A stretch of 63,712 bases of DNA, the filler included, from Pelomyxa schiedti (taxonomy: Eukaryota; Protista; Evosea): the NCBI GenBank assembly GCA_020536535.1. It is 9 parts of 9 records of this genome, joined end to end, with 100 filler letters (N's around TTAATTAATTAA, not from the genome) between each part and the next. Parts side by side here need not be neighbours in the genome. Positions count along the whole stretch, not along the records: positions 27,239 to 28,300 come from JAHLWZ010002905.1; positions 28,401 to 30,747 come from JAHLWZ010002028.1; positions 30,848 to 31,898 come from JAHLWZ010002930.1; positions 31,999 to 46,834 come from JAHLWZ010001163.1; 5 more parts are not named here. One strand, written 5' to 3'. Positions 27,239 through 39,644 of the stretch are shown here, in pieces. Both the position numbers and the translations under genes were made by a program. Within the stretch, counting starts at the first letter, position 1, and the number at the start of each line of letters is the position of its first letter. The notes beneath the pieces are model-generated. The model saw nothing but the letters and a program-made list of their open reading frames with translations. It did not search any database and was not told where the DNA came from.

Positions 27239-28400
27239 GCTATGGTATGTTTGTGTACCCATGGATTACACTTGTTCCATTGGGCTAACGGGTTCTGGTT
27301 TTTTTCTGTTTTTGTTATCATACAGATATCGATAGTATTCTTGCTGCAGATCAAAACAGCTTCAAGCGCCGCATATTGCTACCCGGCAAACCCACCCCAT
27401 CGTAACGTAAAACCAAGTTGATTAGTGCTAACACTGGGTACTTTTTTTTTTTGTTGTCACGCAATAACACCGGTCCCTCGCAGCACACAGCGCCAGGGTT
27501 TGTGAAAATGCCATAGTAAGTTGACAGGTTTTGAATTCCCCCTTAGCATTGCATGCACGAAGTAGAGCACCGATAACCAATCGGAAAGTCGGATAACAGC
27601 TGGGTGAGCATCAGAAACACAGGCTGTTAAAACTCCTTATGGCAAAGTTTTCGGTAATAGCACAGAACAAATACCAAACTGACATCTGATGTACCTATCA
27701 ACATTGAGAGACACAACAGTGAATCCTGAGAAGTGTGAGAAGGAAAAGGAAGAGGAAGAGGAAGAGGAAGAGGACCAAAAGTTACTTGACACACACCCAC
27801 AGAAATAGTCCATACCACAACATTGGTAGAGGGAAATGGCATATAACCGAAAAAAAGTCACTTACCGACGAAAGTTGTACATATAAAGGGGAATACAAAC
27901 GTAGTTCCGATGCACTTTCACGAGCGACGAAACCTAGAGCTAGATCTAGAAACATCTGTCACGTTTGTCAATAGGCTTCAATGTCACACCGATAGCTCAC
28001 GTAAGGACGGCAACAAAAACTCCCGATGTGTCCATGCACATCCTGTTTCAGGCGAATGTTACACCGCTTTGCGTACGACGGCACTCACGGAACACCTTTT
28101 GTTGCTTGCCTGATGTGATTTGTTTCTTCTTCACTTGGTTGGAAGTCTTCGATGTTACGAGACGGGACTCTCCATAGTACTCACAGTTTTCCTCGGCCAA
28201 CTCTTTACTGACTTCGTGTCTTCTTTTTTCTTTTTTTTTTTCTTTTTTGGGGGAAATCTAATTTCTCCATAGGAGATACCCTCGGTGATATTTGTAATGT
28301 NNNNNNNNNNNNNNNNNNNNNNNNNNNNNNNNNNNNNNNNNNNNTTAATTAATTAANNNNNNNNNNNNNNNNNNNNNNNNNNNNNNNNNNNNNNNNNNNN

Positions 28401-28837
28401 CAGAAGGAGGGCTGATATCAGCCCACATGAGACTAGGGACCATGTACACGAAGGGCACCAGTGCCACACCACAGAACTTCACCCTGGCTCTTAAGCATTT
28501 TCAGGCTGCAGTGGAACAAGGCAACCCACAGGCTGCCTTCGCTGTTGCCCAGCTCATTCTCTTTGGTTATGTGCCTGGAGCAACAACACGCGAGGCACTG
28601 GAGCTTCTTCACAAGGCCTGCACACCCTCCATCCCTGACGAGGTTGCATCTACCATTGGTGGTGTGTATGAGGGCGGTGGTGGCGGCACTGGGGGTTCAA
28701 CAACAAAGGACGTGAGGGAAGCAGTGAGGTGGTACAAGCTGGCTGTCGACTCCAATCCATCATCAGACAAGGGCAATGCACAGCAGAAGCTGAGACCCTA
28801 TCTTCATCCTGCAAGCAACGAGGACGAGGAAGACTAA
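28401..28837 (+). CDS. 3' end of a SEL1-like repeat protein (5'-truncated)
   Basis: RLGTMYTKG...QNFTLALKHFQAAVEQGNPQA and KDVREAVRWYKLAV are SEL1 consensus matches. Confidence 0.85.
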
Positions 28838-28901
28838 AACAAAAAATATTAACACTTAAATGCAATGCAATTTGACGGAACTCTTTAAAACAGTTTTGCA
28901 C

Positions 28902-30180
28902 TCATTCCTTGTTGTTGTGTAATGTATCATTGATTGTGAGGGACACTTTCACTAGGCTTGGCACCGGCCCAGTGAAGTGAAACGATAGGCCCCGTCCCCT
29001 TATGTCATTGGCCATGTCACACAGCTCGGAGGTGGGTATGACAATGTGACGCTCCTGAACCAGTGCATTGTTCTGGGTAGTCAGTTGCATGTCTATAGCC
29101 TTGGCCTGCCCATACAGCCGCTTCTTGATGATGCGAAGGAATACTCCCAGACCGGCATCATTTGACTCCACCATCACCTTGAAGTCCATGCATGGTACCG
29201 AGAAATTGCTGCCGCCGATTATTGCCCAAACTGAGCCATTTCTCCTCGCCTCCAATGAAAATGTGCGGTCTTTGCAGCCGTAAACTGACAATTGGTTATT
29301 ACACGATAAGTATTAATAGCTGCTTACCCATCTGAACAGCGGTACAAAATGTGTGGCAAACCGCACGAGTGGCAGTGATAGACTTGCGTGGCAAGTAGCC
29401 AACAATATGTGCCAAAATCTCCTCGGGTAAGTCCACAATGTGTGTCCCTTTCGGAAATAAGCTTAAGGGCTCAGGTATCGACAAAAAACCTCGTAATATA
29501 AACATTGTATCCAATGATTTTGCCAAATCCTTCACCACACATTCTTCTGGGCATATGAACTGATATATCGTACATGTTTATTAGAAAGAATGCAAAGATC
29601 TAATAAAGTGGAAAGCATACTCTCTGCATGCCTACGTACTCCATGTTTAGTAACTTAAGTGCATTCAAGTGACTCTGTTGAAGGAGGTTTGGTTTGTTGG
29701 TTTCTAGAAAAAATGCAAACCATGAGGTTCTTCCGCACTTCAGCTTTCAGTTCAGCAGCCTTTCTGTCAACCATCGCCACCATTTCCGCTCTTAGCGTGG
29801 TCAAAGTGCCATCAATTTCAGCCGTTACTTCATAAGCACGCTGTTCATCCACATCACATTGGAGGAGCAAATTAAAAGAAAGCAAACAAAGAAAGCAAGC
29901 GAACCTTTTCAGCATCATCGGCAGAGCGTCGCAAGTTCTGAATCGCATCTCCCACGATCGAGGCAACATCATCAACTTCCTCCTGCACCTCTTTCTGTGA
30001 CGACAGTTTCAGTCCCCGCATTGCCGCATCTTTGTAACTCAGCACACCCCCGTTTGACTGCGGCACTGCTTGTTGTTGTTGTTGCTTGCGCATTGTTGTT
30101 GCAATTTGAGGCCCCAGATCTTCCTTGTCACGGTCGGTGCCGTATCTTGCCCACAAGGGATCTTTTATCGATTTGTGCAC
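28902..30180 (-). CDS. Coiled-coil + F-box protein with a C-terminal beta domain (multi-exon; start uncertain)
   Basis: IVDLPEEILAHIVGYLPRKSITATRAVCHTF is an F-box. Upstream are Q-rich and coiled-coil exons. Confidence 0.7.
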
Positions 30181-30384
30181 GCAGCATTTGCCACACCCGG
30201 CAACTACTGTGTAAACGTAGTCATATGTTTGACACTTTCACGGAAAAAAAAAGTGATGGTTTTCGAGATGCAAGTTTAACAAACCCATTCAGGTTCAAAC
30301 CCGTGCAACTGGGACAAGAAACGAACAAAACCAATAACCAAAAAAAAAAACCTAAGAGACAGTGAATAAAAAGAGAATTAGAGT

Positions 30385-30747
30385 TTAGCAAAATGAGACA
30401 GAACACTTGTGGAAAAAGGTACAAGGTGACAGGTAGTAACCGTTGAGTGCATGAATGGTGAACAATTTCCTCCCACAACTCACGTCAAAGAGTTGCATGG
30501 CTGTGCAGGCCTGGTCCTGTGTCTGAGGCTGATTGTCACTTGGTGATGAAGTTGCGATGGCAAGGAAATCACCTGCGCTTGTCACAACAGCCCCTCTTGG
30601 TATTTCCAGCACACAGTGTGGGGTTGTCAAATCCTTGAAGCTCCACACTTCCAATTTTTGCACTGGATGATCTGTTGGTGGTGCTTGAATCACAAGGAAT
30701 GAGTCTAGAATGGTGATTGTTGACTTGGGGTCAGTGGGAATGGTGTG
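30385..30747 (-). CDS. 3' fragment of a hypothetical beta-strand-rich (propeller-like) protein
   Basis: The open frame runs from the linker: KLEVWSFKDL...QLFDVSCGRKLFTI. Confidence 0.4.
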   Translation of the reverse strand, partial: HTIPTDPKSTITILDSFLVIQAPPTDHPVQKLEVWSFKDLTTPHCVLEIPRGAVVTSAGDFLAIATSSPSDNQPQTQDQACTAMQLFDVSCGRKLFTIHALNGYYLSPCTFFHKCSVSFC

Positions 30748-30847
30748 NNNNNNNNNNNNNNNNNNNNNNNNNNNNNNNNNNNNNNNNNNNNTTAATTAAT
30801 TAANNNNNNNNNNNNNNNNNNNNNNNNNNNNNNNNNNNNNNNNNNNN

Positions 30848-31377
30848 ATCAGCTCTGGGGCGTTGGAGCCGCTTGTGTCCAGCTTGTACAGCGACGTGCC
30901 GGAGTAGCCGTACAGGCCTGTGGTGGTCCCTGCGGGGTCTGTGTACCACGCAATGTCCAGCGTGGAGAAACTGGCCCACACGTTGACATAGGTGGCTGAC
31001 CCAGTGACTAGGTTCAGTTCAACGGATCCGGCGATAAGCACGTACATTACAGTTCCGGACCATTCCAGTTGGGAATCCAGAACCCGTGATACCGGTGCCA
31101 CCAACCAGTGTGAGAGTACAGGTGGAAGTGTCCAGAGCGTAGAGAGAGCCCACGTCAGCGTACTTCATCACATGCATCTTTGACGTGTCATAGTCTTCGA
31201 AATCGCCTGCATGATTTGGAAAGCCATTAGAGCCCATACAACACACAGCCAGGGAAAACAAAAAGTTGTATACACATACCGGCAACAATGAAATTGGCGG
31301 CACCGGCATCGCATTTCTCGGTTCCAAGCATAGAGGTCAGTGAAGTGAAATGTTGCCGCCGTTGATGTACCATCCAT
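30848..31377 (-). CDS. Fragment of a Gly/Thr/Ser-rich, propeller-like extracellular protein
   Basis: Exons SLYALDTSTCTLTLVG and LDIAWYTDPAGTTTGLYGYSGTSLYKLDTS look like blade repeats. The gene is cut by a linker. Confidence 0.45.
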
Positions 31378-32816
31378 TCACTTCAGCCTCGGTACCGACC
31401 ACGAGAACCATCTCAAGGAGCCATTAAAAAAAAAGGGCACTGGCTCTCAACGAAGCCGTTGTCAGACAATTCAGCTATACAGATGAAGGGAAGAAATGAT
31501 CATCTTAACCTAAGTACGAATGAACGAATTTGGCTTAAGATGATCCTCAACAGAAAAACAAAAGCAACTTGTCTTCACTCTCCTGTGTGTGTGGACTTAG
31601 GCCTGGCTGGCACGCAGGTACTCGAATATGAGCATTCTCCACAGCTTGATTACAAACATCTCTGCCTCATCTTCCAGAACGTTGGTGAGCTGATCAAGAA
31701 GTGATTCTAGTGCAATGTGCTCTTCCAGTTTACCTGTTTGTGTTGTTGGTTGTTGGATGATGGTCTGTGGTGGGGGAGTGAATCACTCACTGGTGACAAA
31801 CTGCATGAAGGTTTCTTCTTCCTCACCAAGGAACTCGACGATTTTCTTGGAGACCCACGGCTTGATCCGCTTATCAATAATTTGAAACTGGATGGAATNN
31901 NNNNNNNNNNNNNNNNNNNNNNNNNNNNNNNNNNNNNNNNNNTTAATTAATTAANNNNNNNNNNNNNNNNNNNNNNNNNNNNNNNNNNNNNNNNNNNNGG
32001 GTGCCTGCTTGGTGGTGGGGCTTGCTCCGCCGCCTTGTTGGGTGCCCTCCTGATTGCCCAGGCACTGCACTGCCGCCTCGTGTGGTCAGCCCCACTTTTT
32101 CAGAACAAAGAAAAAAACCGTTACTTCTCCAGGTGTCTGAGAAACCTACCACTAATCTGGTGGGACCCTGAGAGAGGTTCAGGGGACACCAATAACTGAT
32201 ACTAGTACCTTGAGAAAGTGGGCACATGATTGTTGGGGGTTATAACCAAAGCAATTCACAATTAACTCTTATGTTTGAATTCGGGTTCTTTCTCCCTTAC
32301 TACACAAGTCCAACAACACCAACACCCCAGCACACCTCACAGTGCAGTGGTCACTATCCAAACCCAATCTCTCCACCAGTTTTCTTCCCAGAAGTGATAA
32401 CCATGATCGATCCCCCATAATGTAACTGACTGTCTCGGGGGTATAAAGACCGATAGAGGCTAGAGTCGGTCAAATTACCGGCGCAGGGCCAGGCGCATAA
32501 CGTTTTTGTCATTCGCCTTTTACTAATGAGCAACCGTGCTCCTGGTCGTCATTAAATGCGCTTTGATCACGTATTTTTTAAATGAGGGAGGCTCCGGCCT
32601 CTCTCAAATGTTAAAAAAAAAAAAAAAACAGAAATTTCTTATGGACTTTCTCTTTGCCCTGACAGGCTCAGCCCTGTTGAACCCAAGCACGAGTACCGTC
32701 AAACATGGTGTCTGGACTTCAATTCCCAACGGGTTGTCCAAAGAGCACAAACTCGTTGTGTTGCCACCGCTTTTTGTGTTCTCTCGACTTTTTTTTCCCC
32801 ATCACTTTTTACGGAA

Positions 32817-35207
32817 ATGTCGGACACGCAAGCTACTGTACCCGAGGTCGTTTCTACAACCACAGCCTCTGTTGTTGTTTCAGATCTTAACCCCGCGATC
32901 CCCGTTCCTTCCACTACAACAACAACTACAACGACAAGCGGTGCCGCCGCTCCGACATCTCCAGTAACCGCGAACACCCCGCGTCGCGTGGTAAATTTGC
33001 GTGGTGTGAAGAAGTCTCCAACTTCGGCCCCCCTGAACTCCTCGTCTCCTTCGCCCTCCGCCGCGGCAACGGCGGCCGCCGAAGCCGCCGCCGACTCGCC
33101 TGCGCAACAGCGCCAGCACAAGCTCTCGCCGCCAGTGGCGTCCCCGACGCTGCGTGTTACTTCGCCGGGGGCGGGAGCGTCGCGCCCGCGGATGATCCCC
33201 ACTTCGACTCGCTCGCCGGCTACGACGACGACGCCCGCCTCCGGGGCTGCAAATCAGGGTGACCTTTGTTGGAACGACACCAACACGGCGGAGGCGGCGA
33301 GAGTAGGACCTCCGGACGACACCACGGGATTGCCAATATGGCGCTTCGACTGGCCGTGTGGATTTGCCAAACGCATAGAGGGAGCCGAGTGCTCTTCCAA
33401 AGAAGCTGCTGCGGAGAGCACAGGGATGCCTCCACCTGAAATTGAAGGTAATCCAGCTCCACAACCCAGTGCTCAAGGCGAGACTGCTGCAGCGGAGCAA
33501 GCACCCCCTAGTACTGACCTCACAGCAAAGGTGCAAATCCCTCCACCAAAAAGGCCGAATGTTACCCCCAGCCTAGAAGCATGTGAAAACGAGTACAGAC
33601 TATGGCGAGAGTGCGACAAACTGCGGTCAAAATATGAAACCCTTGTCCATGCAGTACTTGGAATTAGTAGTCATCTTTCACCATTCCCATCGCTTACAAT
33701 CCCCAAGGTGCCCCTGACGAATCATTCAACAGGTGGCTCTATGACCAACTGGCATGTGCTGGTGCTTCTTCACAAACAGGTAACTTGTCCTTCTTTTGTT
33801 TTTTGCAGCTGAATATGTCTGTAAGGTCTTCTAAAGAACCCTAGTGTTGCTCAAAAAACACTGGTGTTGCATGAGCAACTACTTGAAAATTTTCCATCAT
33901 CTGTTTATGTAAGTTGGTATCAACGCAAAAATAGGAATTCCATTCTGCACGCACTACACAACTACATTCAAAGCTGCAAAGAATGGTTGCAACATGCTGC
34001 GCAGGATTACAAAGCAGCAGGAATACAAGAGTTGGCATCTTTCAAGACAGATATTGTAACAATCCATGAAGTTCTAGATGGTGCAACACAATTTTCAAAG
34101 TATGGGCCAGAAGAAGATGATGAAGAACACATTTATGAGCTGATGAAAATTGAAGCCAAGAAAGTCTCAGATGCCCTTGCTCCGGTGGTTAAGCCCTTGA
34201 TCGATTACCTTGTTGACAGGCTGTTGCATTCAACAAACAAAGTTATTTGCCGTTTATCTGGTGCAGTAGAACCCCACAAACTCGGAGTCAGGATAAAAAA
34301 ACAGTCAGCACAGTATTACCATGTCGTCTACCGGGATGACACCATCCGCCTCACTAATATACACTTTGACAAGTTGCGTGCCCTATACTTTACCAACTCG
34401 CGATGCCTGTGGGACAAGTTCCCTTATTCTTTATACACAATTTTGCGCCGCTATACTACTTTCTTTGGGTCTTCAACTAGAGTAACTGCCAAACAAAGGG
34501 AAGGGACTACCTTTCATGCAGCTGCCCCAGAGACTGTATTCACGTTCTTGCATAACACCTTTGGCGTGAGCTATGAATGCTTTGCCTCACCACTCAACTG
34601 TTTCTTCCCACAATTTTGCTCAGCATTCTACGATGTGGATTGGGTCTTTGGATCACAAGGGAGTTTCTTTGACTGGGAACCCCCACAACAAGGCGGAGTG
34701 TTTGAAGTTGGCCCACCCTACACATTGGGTGTAATGAACATGTGCGCCAAACGACTCTTGGAATTAATTTCTCAGTCTGATAAATCCAACGCTACTGACA
34801 CCATTGGAACAACAACCTCGACTACAGAGAGCAGCAACCAATTACCAGCACCAAAGCAACCTCTCACTTTCTTCGTTTTTGTTCCAGAGTGGCGTACTCC
34901 TCCTGCGGAATACCATCTAACGTTGGAAGCAGCTCCTTGTTTGCGCCATACCTTCGCTGCTGAAGGAAAGAAACACTCCTATGTTGTGGGAGACCAGCAT
35001 GATCGCTTCGCCAGACACTTCGTTCTGCCATTCTCAACTCGGGTCTATGTACTACAGAACAACGAAGCCTGGGCAAGAACACCCTTTTCAGCCGAAAACG
35101 GACAGCAACTTACGGAACAACTTGTCAATGCACATGGTGAAGAAAGTGCCGAACCACCACACCCCAAGAAGTTCGTATCTCCATCTCGTTTCTATGTTAG
35201 ACGCTAA
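32817..35207 (+). CDS. PCIF1: PCIF1/CAPAM-like cap-adjacent adenosine N6-methyltransferase homologue
   Basis: HFDKLRALY, ILRRYTTFFG and FHAAAPETVF...FGVSYECFASPLNCFFPQFCSAFYDVDWVFGSQGSFFD...FEVGPPY...PLTFFVFVPEWR match the PCIF1 catalytic domain. The N-terminus is Pro/Thr/Ser-rich. Confidence 0.85.
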
Positions 35208-35331
35208 CTCCGCCACAGGTCCCGCTTCTCATTCTGAAACACAAACCAAAAAAAAAAACAATCGTCTCTTCAAGAGACGCTTCCCCCTTGCTTCCTTTTT
35301 TTTATTTAGATCAAAACAGAGAAGTGAAAGG

Positions 35332-37002
35332 ATGGACTCAGAGGCTAGGCCGCGCCGAGCGCGGATGACGTCGAGGGAGCGGGTGCTGGCCGCAGTTGCA
35401 CATGACGCCAGCGCCACACCGGACCGCGTGCCGGTGGACCTGGGCGGCTCCGCGGTGACCGGGGCCCACGCGTGCGCCGTGACGGCGCTGAGGAGGGAGC
35501 TGGGGCTTGGACTGGGCGGCGGAGGGCGCGGGGTCAGGGTCACGGAGCTTTTCCAGATGCTGGGCGAGGTGGAGCCCGACTTGGTGGAGGCCGTGGGCGC
35601 CGATGTGTTGCCACTGGCTTCTCCGAGAAATTTCGCTGGGTTTTCTAATTCCGGGTCTGTGGAGCGTCCTGGAGGACGCTATCATACTTTTTTTTTTCCC
35701 CCATCAGATACATATTCACGTGCTATGATAAAATGTGATAAAATCCCCTTGTGAAAGAGGAATTTTATAATTTGTACCTACTCTCTATTTGGGCTTACAG
35801 GTTCTCAGATGGAAGCCATGGAACTTCCATGACGGAACGCCTTTACTAGTGCCTGAACTGTTCAATATAACACCTGAGCCTGATGGGACACTTTTCCAGG
35901 CAAGTTTTGTGTACTTGCTTACACTTTTAACAAAGCATAGTATCCTGAAGGAGACAGAACTGTACCTCCCTCACTGAGATTGGCTCCCAAAGGTTGCATT
36001 ACCATGTGTTTTTTTTTTCCCCTGATCAAGCTGTGTTAGGCTATTTTTTTGATGCTCTTGATAGGCAACAGTATCCAATTGATGATGCCACCCTCAGAGT
36101 AGAGGATAACACTGAGGAGTTCAAACAAATATCACAAGAGGATCTCAATTTTTATTCCGAACAAGCTCGTTACTTGTATAACAGTACTGACAAGGCTATA
36201 CTGTTCAACCCTGGTGGTTTGGCCTTTGGAGATATTGCACTTGTGCCAGCTCCTTGGTTGAAAAACCCTAGGGGCATCCGCGGCATTTCTGAATGGTACA
36301 TGAGCACTGCTACAAGAAAAGAGTTTGTCTACAAAGTATTTGAGTCACAACTTTCTGTTGGCTTGGACAATTTGCGCCGGTTACATGATGCAGTGGGTGA
36401 ACAAATACAAATCATATTCACATCTGGTACCGATTTCGGCATGCAAGTATGAGGAAAAAAAATGTATCCCCTCAACTAAGAGGTAAAGACTGGAACTCTT
36501 ATATCGCCAAGAAGCTACCGTGAGTTGTATAAACCTTTCCACACCAAGATAAATGAATGGATTCACAACCACACAACTTGGAAAGTATGCTGGTTATCCT
36601 CAAATTTTAATCGCAGAAAGTGAAGTAAGCCTTTAATCTTTTCCTTAGACTTTCATTCACTGCTGCGGTTCATGTGTTACGCTTATAGAGGATTTCATTC
36701 AGGCCGGATTTGATATTCTTAATCCAGTGCAGTGCTCCGCCGCCGGCATGGATCCAGTAACCCTAAAAACAAAGTTCGGGAGGAGGATTGCCTTTTGGGG
36801 AGGAGGTGTTGACACTCAGAAAACTCTCCCGTTTGGAACACCCGAGGAGGTAACTGCCCAAGTACAAGACAGGCTGCGGATATTTGGAGAAGGTGGAGGG
36901 TATGTCTGGAACACCACCCACAACATACAAGGCAATGTCCCATCACAGAACATCGTAGCCATGTACCGCGCCATACACCAATACAACAACCAGCATTCCT
37001 AA
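35332..37002 (+). CDS. Uroporphyrinogen-decarboxylase-fold / MtaA-CmuA-like methyltransferase family protein (bacterial type, with introns)
   Basis: MTSRERVLAA...PDRVPVDLGG, GTDFGMQ, FIHCCGS...EDFIQAGFDILNPVQCSAAGMDP and FWGGGVDTQKTLPFGTPEEV...GGGYVWNTTHNIQ. Confidence 0.88.
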
Positions 37003-37624
37003 CAGTGCACAGTACTCACAACACAAAACCCCAAAATGAACACCCTGTCTCTGCAATAAACGCTTTCTATCTCCCAATCTATCTTTGTAATTCTAGTCAA
37101 TTGGCTGGTACAGTCTTTCTCTGTCACTTTTACCGTTTCGTTCCTTTCACTGACATCAATAATCAATGTTTGCATTCGTGCACAGCGAATTGAACTCACA
37201 CGAGATAACTTTTCGTTTGGGGAATTGTGATGGGGAGACCAAGTTGGGGTGGAGCAAAGTATCGAGAAATGACACTGAAGAAAGTTTCAGCTCCGAGAAC
37301 ATCGAGGCGAAAATCATTCCTAGTTGCTATGTATGGAAGGCATGATGTCTGATGTGTGATGAGTTTTTGCTGGAGTGCATTAGTTACCCGCTGTGTGCAG
37401 AACCTCAACGAAATAAAGATAAAAAAACTTAAAAAAAAACGGACACGCCACACGAACTGCTACCGCTCGACACTGACTGCGGATCTAAGACAATGCAATC
37501 ACCTGTGCGCATCCGTCCATCATTTTTGTTTGCTTGTTGTTTGTGCACTTTTTTGTTTGGAGCGGTGGCACCATCAAAGTCCTCTTTGTGTTCGAATGCC
37601 TCTTGCTAATAAAAGCAACAGATA

Positions 37625-39307
37625 ATGTCTGCGCCGGAATCCCCCTTACTGGATACAGACCTGTCCCCCCGGTCTCCAACGCCTTCTCCGTCGCCTCCTC
37701 CTCCATTGTCGCCTTCCTCATCGCCGCAATCCCCTGACTTCTTAAGATCAACGTCACCTTCTCCCGTGCCACCTTCCGAGAAGAAACGAGTAAGTTCACT
37801 CACAATTGTGTGGTTAGTATTCACTTTTTTTTTTAGCGGTCTGATACTAGAGCTTGCCAAATGTGGTTACGGAGACGAACAAGTAGTGAAACTTCTTCTA
37901 CTTCTCCTTCTAATTTATACCCCCCAGGTCGTCAACTGCAGATTACCCGAGATACAGAACAAACGAACCCATATAACACTCGAAAGAGGCGCAACAGGAA
38001 ACCTGCATACTGCTCCGACTCCTGTTCTGATGATGAGGAACCTGCTTTGATAAGCGCACCGAAATCCAGAGGACCACTAAAGAAAGATGGTTCTGTCTTG
38101 AGGGCAGGGATAATTATCCCTTCGTCAAATTCGATCTCACCAATTGGCACACCAACATCTGCTTCTGTGACGCCCACTCCCTCCCCAACATCTTTAATTC
38201 CTGGAGTCGAGGTAACATTCTATTTTTCTCATCTTGTTAGCTTACAATAACAGAGAAGAAACACCAAACAAAAGCCAAGAAGGAAGAAGGCTACTTCAGA
38301 GTCTCTGTCAGAACAAGTGTGTCTTTTGTTGATTGTATCTTTCTGACTTTTCTACAGCCCAGTTTATCTTGCCGAGAGAGCAAAACAAGGAATTCTGCTT
38401 TTGTGCCTTCCAGTGCCTCTGCTCATCGAGGTTAAAACTATTTCTGCACAGTAGATAATTTACCCGTTCCTGTAGATTCACACCACAAACATCAAACGAC
38501 TCATGTAAATATATGCATGGGTATCTGGAATGCTCAGTACTACCCCGCGCAGCAACACCTACTGCAGAGCCTTTTTCCATTACCCCAACCGTACCTATCC
38601 TATTATGCGGCTGACCCCACTCTTATCTGCCGTATGGTGAAATACCAACGGAAAATGGTCGCAGGGGCACAGCAACCATGCTGTTGTTCATGCCAGGTAT
38701 CTTTCCTTTTCTCTGCTTTTTTCCCTAAATCATTATAGGGACCAGTTCCCCAAGCCTCAGATGCACAGTCGTCCTTACAAAAGGAAACCAAGAAATTCTC
38801 CCCACAATGTCATAAAGCAGAATCGGCTCCCTTTCTACACCATCCAACCCCCAACAAAACTCCCCAATATAACTCGACCCAACCTCAAATCCTTATGGAT
38901 CCCCAGCTAAGCAGCTGCAGCTTTTCTAGTGGGAACTCATATTGCTCCCAACCGCACTCTACGATACCGTTATCTGACACCAACCTTCCACCTGAGTGGG
39001 CCACTCTTCCCCTTCTCCAGCTTCCTCCTGACGACTCGGAGGAAGAAGACACGGTATGATTGGTCCCACACTATTCCCATTGTTTAACACACCGCTGCAG
39101 ACACCACCTGTGAAAATACCTTTGAAGCAGACTCCTCTGGAGAACGCACCGGCAGCTACCTTCGCAAGTAAGCGCACCCCAAGCATCTTCCTCAGCATAC
39201 TTATGTAACGTTCACAGTTGGTTCAGAGGATTGAACCGAATGACAGTAACAAGTCCCGAACAGTCGATCTTTGGTCCACCATGAGAGATTCATTGTGTGG
39301 TCACTAA
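37625..39307 (+). CDS. Hypothetical low-complexity Ser/Pro-rich multi-exon protein
   Basis: A series of exon-like ORFs with gt/ag boundaries and basic patches (RKRRNRK, KPRRKK). The 3' end is uncertain. Confidence 0.4.
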
Positions 39308-39644
39308 ACTTCCCAAAGAACTATTTGTATGGTACTTGGTGTTCTTCTAGACTCTACGAAGGGAAACAAAAAACAAAAGATTTGCGTTTGCGGGAATCGA
39401 ACCATTTCACCACAAACTTAAATTCACATAACAGTATCCGTACCCGGACCCTCTTTCTCCCCAGGAACAGAAGTGATTCGGATTATCGCTCCGGTGAATT
39501 GTTGGCAATGACTTGCACAACACAATGGAAACACTCTCATTGAGGCCACACAACGCATTACGTACGATGACCAGTTACAAGGAAATAGGGAATTATTTTC
39601 TTTGGGACTTTTATCGGAATTTGAATTAGAAAGAATCGATTGTA

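Noticed and set aside
27735-27974. Basic RKRKRK ORF
   Set aside because: It arises from a (gaggaa)n microsatellite and has no other coding support.
32817-37002. PCIF1-like and URO-D-like genes as a methylation operon
   Set aside because: The folds and cofactors are unrelated (SAM versus corrinoid). Short intergenic gaps are normal here.
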